Of a DNA stretch of 64,000 nucleotides, positions 49,443-59,125 are shown piece after piece. The DNA is from Thermodesulfobacteriota bacterium (GTDB lineage Bacteria > Desulfobacterota > Binatia > Bin18): NCBI GenBank assembly GCA_964291405.2, contig OZ219926.1:4352001-4416000 (forward strand), read 5' to 3'. Made by a program: the position numbers and the translations under genes. The notes under the pieces were generated by a model, which saw only the letters and a list, made by a program, of their open reading frames with translations, was not told the DNA's origin and ran no database searches. The number at the start of each line of letters is the position of its first letter. The stretch's first letter is position 1.

Positions 49443-50228
49443 TCACTCAGGCAGGCCAAACATCCGGGAGAGCGCCCGGACCTCATCCTTACGCCACGGG
49501 AGCGGCGCTGGTTCCTGTATCATCTGATCCTGTTTGAGCTGCTCAACGACGGCCGGATCACGTTGCATCGGGACACCGTATTCACCCTCAAAATACAGGC
49601 TTTCAAACGCGGGGCGCGGCCGTTGTCCGCCCGCCTCCCAGGATTCGGCCGGATAGCCGATCAGCATGGCGTAGAGCGGCATAAAATGGTCTGGAACCTT
49701 GAATATCGCTTTGGCCTTTTCCGCGTTAAACGCGGTCAGCAGGGCGCCCAGGCCTTCGTCAAACGCGGTCAGCAGGGCTTGATTCATCGCGACGCCGCTA
49801 TCCATGGAAACCGCAATGGGATTAATGGCGGGGTCCTTTGAAATCGGATCTAAAATCTGCGCCCAGACGGTCTCCTCAATGAATTTATGACTCCAGCCGT
49901 GGGTGGGGTTGAGTGCGCCCACATCAAAGAGTTCTTTGAGGGTCTGCCCGTGGCTCTCCTGAATGGCGTTGAGGTTGCCGTAGAAATAGATATGCACCGG
50001 AGCCATGTCGAGTTGGAGAGTCGTTGTGGGAACCTTGAGCGCCTCCAGATCCTCGGGCGCGAGCTTGTCGCGTTCCACAACGATGGCCCGGAGAAATGAA
50101 GCATTGACCGCACAGGACGAGAGCCGCGTCGCCTCCATGATGGTTTGAATTTTTTCCCGTTCAACCGGACGATAGGGGAGGAAGTAGCGGATTGAGCGAC
50201 GCCGGCCAATAACTTCTTTGAACTCCAT
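49443..50228 (-). CDS. Nitroreductase-family protein
   Basis: VIGRRRSIRYF, AFDEGLG, IGYP; AAGGAGG RBS. Confidence 0.85.
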   Translation of the reverse strand: MEFKEVIGRRRSIRYFLPYRPVEREKIQTIMEATRLSSCAVNASFLRAIVVERDKLAPEDLEALKVPTTTLQLDMAPVHIYFYGNLNAIQESHGQTLKELFDVGALNPTHGWSHKFIEETVWAQILDPISKDPAINPIAVSMDSGVAMNQALLTAFDEGLGALLTAFNAEKAKAIFKVPDHFMPLYAMLIGYPAESWEAGGQRPRPAFESLYFEGEYGVPMQRDPAVVEQLKQDQMIQEPAPLPWRKDEVRALSRMFGLPE

Positions 50229-50395
50229 AAAACAGGCCTCCTTAGGTATACCTCTGGGCCTCCTTAGCGTAGGGGTGGTTTGTCTGTCAAGGTCGTAAGT
50301 GCCTCAATCTCTTGACTTTCTGGGGGAAATCCCTAAGCTGGGCAGAGGAGCGATCCAACACAGAGTCCCCAGTCGGGAGGGGGTGAGTCAGCCGT

Positions 50396-50593
50396 ATGGC
50401 AGGTGTACGAGTCAAAGAGAACGAGCCCATTGAAAGCGCCATTCGCCGTTTTAAGAAGCAGTGTGAAAAGGCGGGCATTCTGCAAGAGTTGAAAAAACGC
50501 GAACACTACGAGAAGCCGAGTGTCCGTCGCAAGCGCAAGGCTATTGCTGCACGAAAACGTGCGTTACGCCGGGCAAGTCGATCGATGTATTAA
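50396..50593 (+). CDS. rpsU: 30S ribosomal protein S21
   Basis: [14 protein letters not shown]...[10 protein letters not shown]. Confidence 0.98.
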   Translation: MAGVRVKENEPIESAIRRFKKQCEKAGILQELKKREHYEKPSVRRKRKAIAARKRALRRASRSMY

Positions 50594-50629
50594 GACGATG
50601 TGTCACATTGCTTGAGAGACGAATGACTG

Positions 50630-50668
50630 AGAAAACACCCACTTGAATAAGGTGGGTGTTTTCTTTTT
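50630..50668 (+). terminator. Rho-independent terminator between rpsU and dnaG
   Basis: AGAAAACACCCAC / GTGGGTGTTTTCT stem followed by a T run. Confidence 0.8.
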
Positions 50669-50710
50669 CAGCGCCTTCCGCTGTCTCCCCCAGTACTGTA
50701 CAGGATCGCT

Positions 50711-52537
50711 ATGGCATACAAAATCCCCGAAGAGACTCTGACTGAGATTCGCTCCCGAATCAGCATCGTCGAGGTGATTTCCGTCTATGTCTCTCTGCGC
50801 AAAGCGGGAAAGAATTATACCGGTCTGTGCCCGTTCCACGAGGAAAAGACGCCATCGTTCAGCGTAAACGATGAACGTGGCTTTTTTCACTGTTTTGGCT
50901 GCGGGGAAGGGGGGAACGCGTTTACTTTTTTATGCCGGCTTGAAGGCATCTCCTTTCCGGAAGCGGTGAAACGACTCGCAGCAAAAGCCGGGGTCTCGCT
51001 CCCACAGGCGCCCGACGATCCGCAGGCGCGGGAGCAGGACCGGCTCTACCGGCTGACGAGTCTGGCCAAAACCTATTTCCGCCACTGCCTGCTTGATGAG
51101 AAGGTCGGCGCCACGGCGCAGCACTATCTGGCCGAGCGTGGCATCCCCATGGACGTGGCTGAGCGCTTTCAGCTTGGCTATGCGCCTAACGGCTGGAACG
51201 GTCTTGTTCGTTTTTTTGCCAACCGGAAAGCGCCCCTGGACAAGGCCGCCGCGTTGGGGCTGATTGGCGAACGCGCCGGGCGGGACGAACGGAGCAGACC
51301 GGGAGCCCGCCAATGTTACGATAAATTCCGCCACCGCCTTATGTTCCCGATTACCGATGTGACCGGGCGGCCAGTCGGATTTGGTGGCCGACTCCTGCCT
51401 GACCCGCAACGAGACGCGAGCCGAGAGCGGCCCCAGCCCAAATATCTCAACTCGCCCGAGTCGGCTTTGTATAAGAAAGGGTTGCTGCTATACGGCCTCT
51501 TCCAGGCCAAAGAGCCCATTCGAGAGACCGGCCGGGTGCTTGTGGTTGAAGGTTATACCGACCTCATTTCGCTCGTACAACGCGGATTTGACGAGACCGT
51601 CGCCGTGCTCGGGACCGCCCTGACCCTGGAGCAATTGCGCTTGCTCAAACGCTTCTCGACAGACATCTATATTTTTTTTGATGGTGATGACGCTGGCCGT
51701 CGGGCCGCGACTCGGGCATTCCCGCTGTGTGTTGAAGCCGGACTGACGGGGCGCGGGGTTTTCCTGCCCCAGGGGGAAGACCCGGACTCGTTCGGACAAG
51801 CGCGTGGGCGGGATGGGCTCGAAGAACTGATCGCCACGGCCGCGCCACTGGAGGAGTTCTATTTTACACAACATGCCCCGCCACCTGGGGCATCGGCCTT
51901 TCAGCGTGCCCAAGCGGCGAAAGAAGCCGTCGCTGTCTTATCGTCTATGACCGACACCATGGCCCGGGGAGCACTGCTTACCCAGGTGGCGCAGCGTTTT
52001 GGCGTCAGCGAAGAAGAACTCCGCCAGCTGCGACCGAACCGGGCTTCCCAGCCCGCGGCTCGTTCTTCCGACCAGCAGGCGACCGGGCAGGGCGGCTCCC
52101 CCGCCTCGGCCGAACTGGAATTAATTCAACTCATGCTCGTGGATCGGCAGGTCGTGACGCATGTTTGCGAGCGGAATCTGATTCCCGCCTTTCAAGAGTG
52201 GGGAGAGGTCGCTACGGATATTGCTCAAGCCTGGCAGCAGCAGGCCGACCATGCGCCGCAAGATGATCGGGCCAGTATCGACATCGGGGCCTTTCTCGAC
52301 CGGTTACCGAGACGGGTTGCCGACCATGTCTCGAAAATGCTGGATGAAGAAGAGTCTGAAGAGAAGGCGGTGACCCAGGAGCAGCTGATGCGGGACTGCA
52401 TGGAGAAAATTCAGCAGGTGCAACACAAGTCCAAGCGTGTCCGGCTTCAGCGAGAAATTCGGGAGGCGGAGCTACGCGGAGATGACGCCGGAGTGCGCCA
52501 GCGGCTCGAAGCCTTGCGCGCATTAGGGAGGTCGTAG
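50711..52537 (+). CDS. dnaG: DNA primase
   Basis: CPFHEEKTPSF...CFGC zinc finger, KYLNSPE, VEGYTD, FDGDDAG TOPRIM motifs. Confidence 0.98.
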   Translation: MAYKIPEETLTEIRSRISIVEVISVYVSLRKAGKNYTGLCPFHEEKTPSFSVNDERGFFHCFGCGEGGNAFTFLCRLEGISFPEAVKRLAAKAGVSLPQAPDDPQAREQDRLYRLTSLAKTYFRHCLLDEKVGATAQHYLAERGIPMDVAERFQLGYAPNGWNGLVRFFANRKAPLDKAAALGLIGERAGRDERSRPGARQCYDKFRHRLMFPITDVTGRPVGFGGRLLPDPQRDASRERPQPKYLNSPESALYKKGLLLYGLFQAKEPIRETGRVLVVEGYTDLISLVQRGFDETVAVLGTALTLEQLRLLKRFSTDIYIFFDGDDAGRRAATRAFPLCVEAGLTGRGVFLPQGEDPDSFGQARGRDGLEELIATAAPLEEFYFTQHAPPPGASAFQRAQAAKEAVAVLSSMTDTMARGALLTQVAQRFGVSEEELRQLRPNRASQPAARSSDQQATGQGGSPASAELELIQLMLVDRQVVTHVCERNLIPAFQEWGEVATDIAQAWQQQADHAPQDDRASIDIGAFLDRLPRRVADHVSKMLDEEESEEKAVTQEQLMRDCMEKIQQVQHKSKRVRLQREIREAELRGDDAGVRQRLEALRALGRS

Positions 52538-52586
52538 GAAAACGGCGAGGAGCATGGTATACAAGGGGCCGCTGAGGCGGACAGAT

Positions 52587-52660
52587 GGGCCCATAGCTCA
52601 GTTGGTTAGAGCGACCGGCTCATAACCGGTTGGTCCCAGGTTCGAGTCCTGGTGGGCCCA
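52587..52660 (+). tRNA. tRNA with CAT anticodon, most likely tRNA-Ile2 (lysidine); CCA not encoded
   Basis: Cloverleaf GGGCCCA...TGGGCCCA, D arm TAGCTCAGTTGGTTAGAGC, anticodon arm ACCGG-CTCATAA-CCGGT, GTTCGA T loop; paired G1-C72 and no GGG/CCC anticodon stem, so not an initiator. Confidence 0.93.
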
Positions 52661-52714
52661 TTCAGGACGGAGGGATGCCTCTCCACGAAAGCCGGATGTG
52701 AAAGGAGGTCGTCA

Positions 52715-53464
52715 TTGACCACGCAGATCGCCCAGCTGGTCAGCCTACAAGAGCTTGATCAGCGCCTTCAGCGGAAAGAGCAGCAACTGGAAGACCTCCA
52801 TCAGCAGGTTGCCAGCATCAGGTCTGAGAAGGAGACGCAGCAGCAGGAGGCCGAAGAGCGGCAACAGCGTATCAGCGAACTGGAAAGCCAACAGCGCGAG
52901 ACGGATGGCCAACTCAAGCTGGAAGAAGAAAAGATCAAAGAGAAGCGGGTCCGGTTGAATCGGGTTCGGAATGAACGCGAACAGCTCGCCCTCCAGCGTG
53001 AAATCGACTTGATGAAAGAGGCGAATGGCCAGATCGAAGAGAACATCCTGAGTGTGATGGAGCAGCTCGAAGAGGAGCGTCAACACCTCGCCGACATCCA
53101 AACGCGCCTCGAAGAGCTTGACTCCCAGCTCGCCGAAGAGGCAGTCGAGGTAGAAAAACAAATAGCGGGTTTAGAAGAGGAGACGCAGACCGACCGCAGA
53201 CAACGGGAAGAAATAGTGGCCCATTTGGACGCCGGTCTGTGCGCACGGTATGAGCGCATCTTCGGCAATCGTGGTGCCTTGGCCGTTGTGGAAGTCCGCG
53301 ACGGAACCTGCCAGGGCTGTTATATGCGTATCCCGCCGCATATGTGTAACCAGATCCAGAGTAACCAGATGCAGGGCAGCAGTGAGATCTTTCACTGTCC
53401 GCATCCCTACTGTGGGCGGATTGTGTATATACGGGTCGAGGCAGACGGGGTGTCCGGCGCGTAA
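52715..53464 (+). CDS. Coiled-coil protein with C4 zinc ribbon (DUF164/zf-RING_7 type)
   Basis: LVSLQELD, long coiled coil, YERI, CQGC...CPHPYCGRIVY; TTG start after AAGGAGG. Confidence 0.9.
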   Translation: MTTQIAQLVSLQELDQRLQRKEQQLEDLHQQVASIRSEKETQQQEAEERQQRISELESQQRETDGQLKLEEEKIKEKRVRLNRVRNEREQLALQREIDLMKEANGQIEENILSVMEQLEEERQHLADIQTRLEELDSQLAEEAVEVEKQIAGLEEETQTDRRQREEIVAHLDAGLCARYERIFGNRGALAVVEVRDGTCQGCYMRIPPHMCNQIQSNQMQGSSEIFHCPHPYCGRIVYIRVEADGVSGA

Positions 53465-53474
53465 TAGACAGTGT

Positions 53475-53851
53475 GGGAGGAGATTAAACGGTCGCGGTCC
53501 TGCACGGCAGGAGCGAGGAAAGTCCGGACTCCGTGGGGCAGGGTGGCTGCTAATGACGGCCTGCCGTAAGGCAGGGAAAGTGCCACAGAAAAGAGACCGC
53601 CGGCCTTATTCGCCGGTAAGGGTGAAAAGGTGAGGTAAGAGCTCACCAATTCCTTGAGAGATCAAGGACGCTGGGTAAACCCCACCTGGAGCAAGATCAA
53701 ATAAGAGGAGCCCGTACTACGGGCAAGAGTCGCCCCACTCTCCCTCTGGGTTCGATCGCTCGAGCGTATCGGCAACGATACGCCTAGAGGAATGACCGTT
53801 ACCTTTTCTTATTAGGGAAGGGCACAGAATCCGGCTTACCGATCTCCTCCC
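53475..53851 (+). ncRNA. rnpB: RNase P RNA (type A)
   Basis: GAGGAAAGTCCGGACTC, GAAAGTGCCACAGAAA, GGTAAACCCC, ACAGAATCCGGCTTA; P1 helix GGGAGGAGAT / ATCTCCTCCC. Confidence 0.97.
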
Positions 53852-53918
53852 CTTTTTATAGAAGGGCTCGTATGGGTAGAAACTGTTCAGACTGCCTTGC
53901 GTCCTAGGATCTGCTATC

Positions 53919-54746
53919 ATGCGGCCTCTCAGACTGGCGTTGTTGCTGTGTACAACCGTTCTCCTGGTCGTGTGGCAGAGCGGGAGCTCTACGGCGGACG
54001 ACGGGGGCAGGGCGACCGTTCAGTCCATAGAGGTCACGGCCGAACAGGTCACGATTCATCTGTCCTCAGCTTCAGTCTATACTCAGGCGGCGTTGCCCAA
54101 GGACCCGTTAAATGGGCGCGCCGACCGCTGCTATGTTGATATAGGCGGGGTGTTAGGGCAGCAGGTAGAGCGCTGGTATTTTGGAGATGCGCGGCGGGTC
54201 GAACAAGTCCGGGTGGCCCAGTTCCAGCCCCAGACGGTACGCGTCGTTCTTGATCTCCTCGCCGCTCAGCCCTGTCGGGTCGAGCAAGCTGTGAACCCGG
54301 ATCGGCTGCTGGTTATAGTTGGTCGTTCGACGCGGCCGGCCAATACGGCCAGTGTACGACTCAGGCCAGCGGAACCGCCAACTCAGATGATCCGGCAGGA
54401 GCCCACTCCTGAACAGCAGGTAGATCAAGTTGCTCGTCAGGAGCCCCCTGCTGAACTTCAGGCCTCTGGAGCGCTCGAGTATCTGGACCTGCGTACCCCG
54501 TTTTCGTCCGAAACCCAACCAGCGCAAGCCATCAGTCTTTTCGATCAGCAAACAACCGAGGGGACCACTTCCCAATTAAGTCTTCTCGATCAGCAGACAC
54601 CCGAGGAAACTGCTCCCCAATCACGTCTTTTCAGCCAGCAGGCGATCGATGAGAAATCGCTTCAATTGGCACCCCGCGGTCTGTATCTACTCCAGGAAAA
54701 GGGCCAAGAGTCGGGCTCTTCGGCCACCCATCGGCTGGAATGGTAA
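53919..54746 (+). CDS. Exported AMIN-domain protein with low-complexity repeat tail
   Basis: Signal peptide; DRCYVD, QVRVAQFQPQTVRVVLDL, PDRLLV are AMIN-like. Confidence 0.7.
   Translation: MRPLRLALLLCTTVLLVVWQSGSSTADDGGRATVQSIEVTAEQVTIHLSSASVYTQAALPKDPLNGRADRCYVDIGGVLGQQVERWYFGDARRVEQVRVAQFQPQTVRVVLDLLAAQPCRVEQAVNPDRLLVIVGRSTRPANTASVRLRPAEPPTQMIRQEPTPEQQVDQVARQEPPAELQASGALEYLDLRTPFSSETQPAQAISLFDQQTTEGTTSQLSLLDQQTPEETAPQSRLFSQQAIDEKSLQLAPRGLYLLQEKGQESGSSATHRLEW
54531..54665 (+). repeat. Three degenerate 45-bp (15-aa) coding repeats
   Basis: ISLFDQQTTEGTTSQ / LSLLDQQTPEETAPQ / SRLFSQQAIDEKSLQ. Confidence 0.7.
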
Positions 54747-54864
54747 GCCCGGCCCGTTGCGCCGTATAGGCATTTCGGATAGTCGCTGAGTGTACTGATA
54801 CATCTTTAAATCCATACAGCTCAGCGCTCCAGTGGGTGCCATGTCTCGCTCCTGATTTGACTCA

Positions 54865-56766
54865 ATGAAGTACGCTTCCCCGCCGCATACTTTTTTCAGA
54901 TACGCCTCCTTGTGGTGGGCCGGGGGCTGGGTCGGCGTATGTATGCTCCTGCTCGCCCCGGTGGCCGTCGCTTCCGTAGCCTCTTCCTATCCCGTTCGGT
55001 CGATAACAGCCGAGACAGACCACGTGATGATCACGCTGTCAGAGGCGGTGTCTTTCACTCAAACGATGCTGCCCGGAGATGCCAAGCGTAATCTTAAAGA
55101 CCGCTGCTATGTGGACCTGACTCCCGCCGTACTCGACAGGCAGGCTCAGCGTTATGTGGCTGTTGACTCGGCAGGGATTCTTCAGGTCCGGGCGGCCCAG
55201 TTTCAAGCCGATACCGTCCGGGTTGTTCTGGACCTGGCTTCCGCTTGGTCGTGCCAGGCAATGCGCCTATCTGACCCGCCACGTTTGCAGATTTCAATTG
55301 GCCCTCCCGCAGAAGAAACCCCTCGGGCTGACGCGACAACTGAGACTGAAAGGGCTGCGTCTCCCGCAGCTACACCAGTCATAGAGTCGCAAGTGCCACC
55401 ATCGGATGCCTCTGCGCAAGCCGGTATGAAGACACACCCGCCGGAGGAGACGGAAGCGGAGCAACCCTCGACCAGAGCGAGTGTGACCATCCATCCTCTG
55501 GCCGAGCGTCCGAGTCGGGTGATCGCCCTGGAAGAGGCCTACCAGTTGGCTGTCGTCAACGAGGAGCAGGTCGCCATAGCGGCGCGCGAGCTGGCAAAAG
55601 CGAAACTCCTGCCGTGGCGGGCGGTGGCACTGATGGCGCCACGTGGAGAAATCGGAGGTGCCTATTCCCGCAACAAAGACGAGATCGCCTTTAATGCTCC
55701 GCCTGAAGCGCGGAGTCTTTTTGGTGGCTCCTCGGTCATCCGCCCCCGGAACAACTGGCTGAGTACGTTCCAAGTCACCCAACCACTGATTGAACCCTCG
55801 TTTTTCCCGTCTTGGCGACTCGGCAAAGACGCGGTTCGAGAGGAGGAAGAACGCTACGAGTTCACCATTCGCGGCGTACTGTTCGGTGTTGCCCAAGCCT
55901 ACTACGAAGTGTTGCGGTTTGAGGCCCAAGTCAAGGTCGCGCAAGATACTCTGAAGCTCGCCCAAGAGGAACTGAAACGGGCACACGTCCGATTCCGCGT
56001 CGGCGAGGTCACGAAGACCGACATATTGCGCGCCGAGGTTGCGGTCGAACGGGCCGGACGCGCCCTTATCGTTGATCGGAATCGTCTGAAACTCGCCCGT
56101 ACGGTTCTGGCCCGAACCGTGGGGCTGTCGGAAACAGTCGGTGTGCTGGAACCCACCCCACCCCAGGCAGTCGAGAGTGACTATACCAGCCTGCTTGACC
56201 AAGCGTACGCCCAGCGCCAGGACCTGAGCGCTCAGAATCTCGCTGTCCGGGTTGCCCGCGAGCGCAAGAACTTGGTCCTGACCCGCTACTTTCCACAGGT
56301 CGACGCCCAGTTTTCCTATCCCCGGCTCGATCCGGAGACCTTTGCCAACCGGGATGAATTCTGGACCTTGTTTGTGAATCTCCGCTGGCCGCTCTTTGAC
56401 GGCGGGAATCGGGAACTCGACCTGCTTGAGGCCAACGAGACGCTCTCTCAGACGGAATTGCGCGTGACTGAACTGGAGAAAGAGATTCGGGTTGAGGTCC
56501 GGGAAGCGTTATTAAGCGTTGAGACTTTACACGCCACGCTGGAGACCCTGCACAAAGAGGTCGCGCTTGCCCGAGAGAATTATGAGATGACGTCGAAGCA
56601 ATACCGGGTCGGGCTCTCGACCAGCCTCGATGTCAATACCTCGCTGAATACCCTCAACCAGGTCCGGACGCAGCTGATCGATCAAACCTATACCTACCAG
56701 ATCGCCTTACTGAATCTCGACAACGCCGTTGGTGTCTTTGCCCAGGACTATCTGCCTCAACGCTGA
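54865..56766 (+). CDS. AMIN domain fused to a TolC-family outer-membrane efflux protein
   Basis: N-terminal AMIN (DRCYVD, QVRAAQFQADTVRVVLDL, DPPRLQI), P/T/E linker, then OEP motifs VAQAYYEVL, RFRVGEVTKTDIL, WPLFDGG, YRVGLSTSLDV. Confidence 0.85.
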   Translation: MKYASPPHTFFRYASLWWAGGWVGVCMLLLAPVAVASVASSYPVRSITAETDHVMITLSEAVSFTQTMLPGDAKRNLKDRCYVDLTPAVLDRQAQRYVAVDSAGILQVRAAQFQADTVRVVLDLASAWSCQAMRLSDPPRLQISIGPPAEETPRADATTETERAASPAATPVIESQVPPSDASAQAGMKTHPPEETEAEQPSTRASVTIHPLAERPSRVIALEEAYQLAVVNEEQVAIAARELAKAKLLPWRAVALMAPRGEIGGAYSRNKDEIAFNAPPEARSLFGGSSVIRPRNNWLSTFQVTQPLIEPSFFPSWRLGKDAVREEEERYEFTIRGVLFGVAQAYYEVLRFEAQVKVAQDTLKLAQEELKRAHVRFRVGEVTKTDILRAEVAVERAGRALIVDRNRLKLARTVLARTVGLSETVGVLEPTPPQAVESDYTSLLDQAYAQRQDLSAQNLAVRVARERKNLVLTRYFPQVDAQFSYPRLDPETFANRDEFWTLFVNLRWPLFDGGNRELDLLEANETLSQTELRVTELEKEIRVEVREALLSVETLHATLETLHKEVALARENYEMTSKQYRVGLSTSLDVNTSLNTLNQVRTQLIDQTYTYQIALLNLDNAVGVFAQDYLPQR

Positions 56767-57389
56767 CGCCCGTTGACGAGAGTAATAAATTCTTCCCGGG
56801 TTTCCTGATGGGTCCGAAAGGCTCCCAGGGTGGCGCTGGTCGTGACGATCGAGTTCTGTTTTTCCACTCCCCGCATCCGCATGCAGAGGTGTTCGGCGGT
56901 GATGATAACGCCAACGCCGAGCGGGTTGAGCTCTTCCATGAGGGTGTTGGCCACTTGGGTGGTGATCCGTTCCTGGACCTGCAAGCGCCGGGCATACACG
57001 TCAACCAGGCGCGCGATCTTGCTGATCCCCACAATACGCTTGTCCGGAATATAGGCCACATTGGCCCGACCAAAAAAAGGCAGGATGTGATGCTCACACA
57101 TTGAGAAGAAGTCGATATCCTTGACGACAATCATCTCGGAGTAGTCTTCTTCGGTAAAGATAGCTCCGTTAATGACCTCCTTCGGGTCTTGTTGATAGCC
57201 TTTGGTGAGATATTCAAACGCGCGGGCCACCCGATACGGGGTCTTGAGTAAACCTTCCCGATCGGGGTCTTCTCCCATGTGTTGGAGAATATTGCGCACG
57301 TATCCCTCGATACCGTCTGGTGAGTCCGGCGCTGTCTGAGAGTCCAATTCTGAGTGCATCTCATTGTATAGGGCGCGTTGCGAACTCAT
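56757..57389 (-). CDS. folE: GTP cyclohydrolase I
   Basis: GEDPDREGLLKTPYRV, SMCEHHILPF, GISKIAR, RRLQVQER, HLCMRMRG. Confidence 0.97.
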   Translation of the reverse strand: MSSQRALYNEMHSELDSQTAPDSPDGIEGYVRNILQHMGEDPDREGLLKTPYRVARAFEYLTKGYQQDPKEVINGAIFTEEDYSEMIVVKDIDFFSMCEHHILPFFGRANVAYIPDKRIVGISKIARLVDVYARRLQVQERITTQVANTLMEELNPLGVGVIITAEHLCMRMRGVEKQNSIVTTSATLGAFRTHQETREEFITLVNGRQR

Positions 57390-57491
57390 ACCAATATACC
57401 GCTCCTTACTGCATATCCTGTTACTGCCAAGAGGAGAAGAGGAACACCATAGCGAGTCTGAGTCGTCCGGATAAGCGGGGTGCACTCAGCG

Positions 57492-59096
57492 CTACATGCG
57501 AAAGACTCCGACCTGATGGTCGGGAATGGGCGCGTTGAGTGACATGGCAATGCTGAGTCCGAGGACGTCCCGGGTCTCTGTGGGGTCAATGATGCCGTCA
57601 TCCCACAGGCGCGCGGTCGAGTAGTAGGGGCTCCCTTCTTCTTCATATTTCGCCAGCGTTGGCGCGGTAAATGCCTGCTGTTCCTCCGCGCTCATCGTCT
57701 CTCCTTTGGCCGCCAGTTGCTGTAACTTGACGGTCAGCAGAACCGATGACGCCTGCTCTCCCCCCATGACCGAAATCCGGGAATTCGGCCACATAAAGAG
57801 TAAACGTGGAGAATACGCCCGGCCACACATCCCGTAGTTGCCCGCACCGTGAGACGCACCAATAAGAATGCTGAACTTGGGCACTTGGGCGTTGGCTACG
57901 GCATGGACCATTTTCGCTCCATCCTTGGCAATACCTCCCTGTTCATACTGCTTACCGACCATAAAGCCGGTGATGTTCTGGAGGAACAGAAGAGGGATTT
58001 TTCGCTGACTGCACAGCTCAATAAAGTGAGTGGCTTTGAGGGCCGACTCGGAAAACAGCACGCCATTATTGGCCACGATACCAATCAGATAGCCGTGCAG
58101 ACGCGCAAATCCGGTGACGACCGTTGGACTGTAGCGCGGCTTGAACTCATGTAGACGGCTCCCATCGACCAGGCGCGCAATGACCTCGTGGACACCGTAC
58201 GGGACGCGGGTATCGTGTGGAATCACGCCGTACAACTCGGCCGGGTCATAGGCCGGGTCCTCCGGCGTTTCCCGGTCAAGCGGGAACTTCTGGGGGCGAG
58301 GTAAATTCTCGAAAATCGAGCGAGTGATTTCCAGGGCGTGGGTATCATCCTCGGCCAGGTGGTCCGATACGCCGGACACCCGTGTATGCACGTCTCCGCC
58401 GCCGAGTTCTTCCGCCGTCACCTCCTCACCCGTGGCCGCCTTCACCAGCGGCGGCCCACCCAGAAAAATGGTGCCCTGATCTTTGACGATAACGTTCTCA
58501 TCCGCCATGGCCGGCACATACGCCCCCCCGGCCGTGCAGGACCCCATCACAACGGCGATCTGCGGGATGCCCTGGGCAGACATGCGGGCTTCGTTGTAGA
58601 AAATACGCCCAAAGTGTTCGCGGTCCGGAAAAATATCAGCCTGAAAGGGCAGGTTCGCGCCGCCGGAATCCACCAGATACACACACGGCAGGCGGTTCTC
58701 TTGACCGATTTCCTGGGCACGCAAGTGCTTTTTGACGGTCATGGGATAATAGGTGCCGCCTTTGACCGTGGCATCGTTGGAAACAATGACGGTCTCGCGG
58801 CCCTGAATCAGCCCGACGCCGGTGACAATGCCGGCCGAGGGCGGATTGTCATACATGCCGTGAGCGGCCAGGGGAGACAGCTCCAGAAATGGCGTATTCG
58901 GGTCAAGCAGGGCCTCAATCCGTTCGCGAGCCAGCAGCTTCCCTCGGGCCTTATGCCGCTCGCGCGACGCTTCCGGCCCACCCAGCCGGGCCGCAGCCGT
59001 CTCTTTTTTGAGGGTGTCCACCAAGGCGGCCATATGGGCCGTGTTGTCCTGGAACTCGGGTGAGCGCGTTTTGATCTTGCTTTCAATGCGATCCAT
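57492..59096 (-). CDS. Acyl-CoA carboxylase carboxyltransferase (methylcrotonyl-CoA carboxylase beta-like)
   Basis: [46 protein letters not shown]. Confidence 0.95.
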   Translation of the reverse strand: MDRIESKIKTRSPEFQDNTAHMAALVDTLKKETAAARLGGPEASRERHKARGKLLARERIEALLDPNTPFLELSPLAAHGMYDNPPSAGIVTGVGLIQGRETVIVSNDATVKGGTYYPMTVKKHLRAQEIGQENRLPCVYLVDSGGANLPFQADIFPDREHFGRIFYNEARMSAQGIPQIAVVMGSCTAGGAYVPAMADENVIVKDQGTIFLGGPPLVKAATGEEVTAEELGGGDVHTRVSGVSDHLAEDDTHALEITRSIFENLPRPQKFPLDRETPEDPAYDPAELYGVIPHDTRVPYGVHEVIARLVDGSRLHEFKPRYSPTVVTGFARLHGYLIGIVANNGVLFSESALKATHFIELCSQRKIPLLFLQNITGFMVGKQYEQGGIAKDGAKMVHAVANAQVPKFSILIGASHGAGNYGMCGRAYSPRLLFMWPNSRISVMGGEQASSVLLTVKLQQLAAKGETMSAEEQQAFTAPTLAKYEEEGSPYYSTARLWDDGIIDPTETRDVLGLSIAMSLNAPIPDHQVGVFRM

Positions 59097-59125
59097 AATA
59101 GAGAAAACGGGCCAACCAACAGCCC

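Noticed and set aside
52587-52660. tRNA as initiator Met or as an integration site
   Set aside because: It lacks initiator hallmarks, and I saw no duplicated 3' end or integrase in the window.
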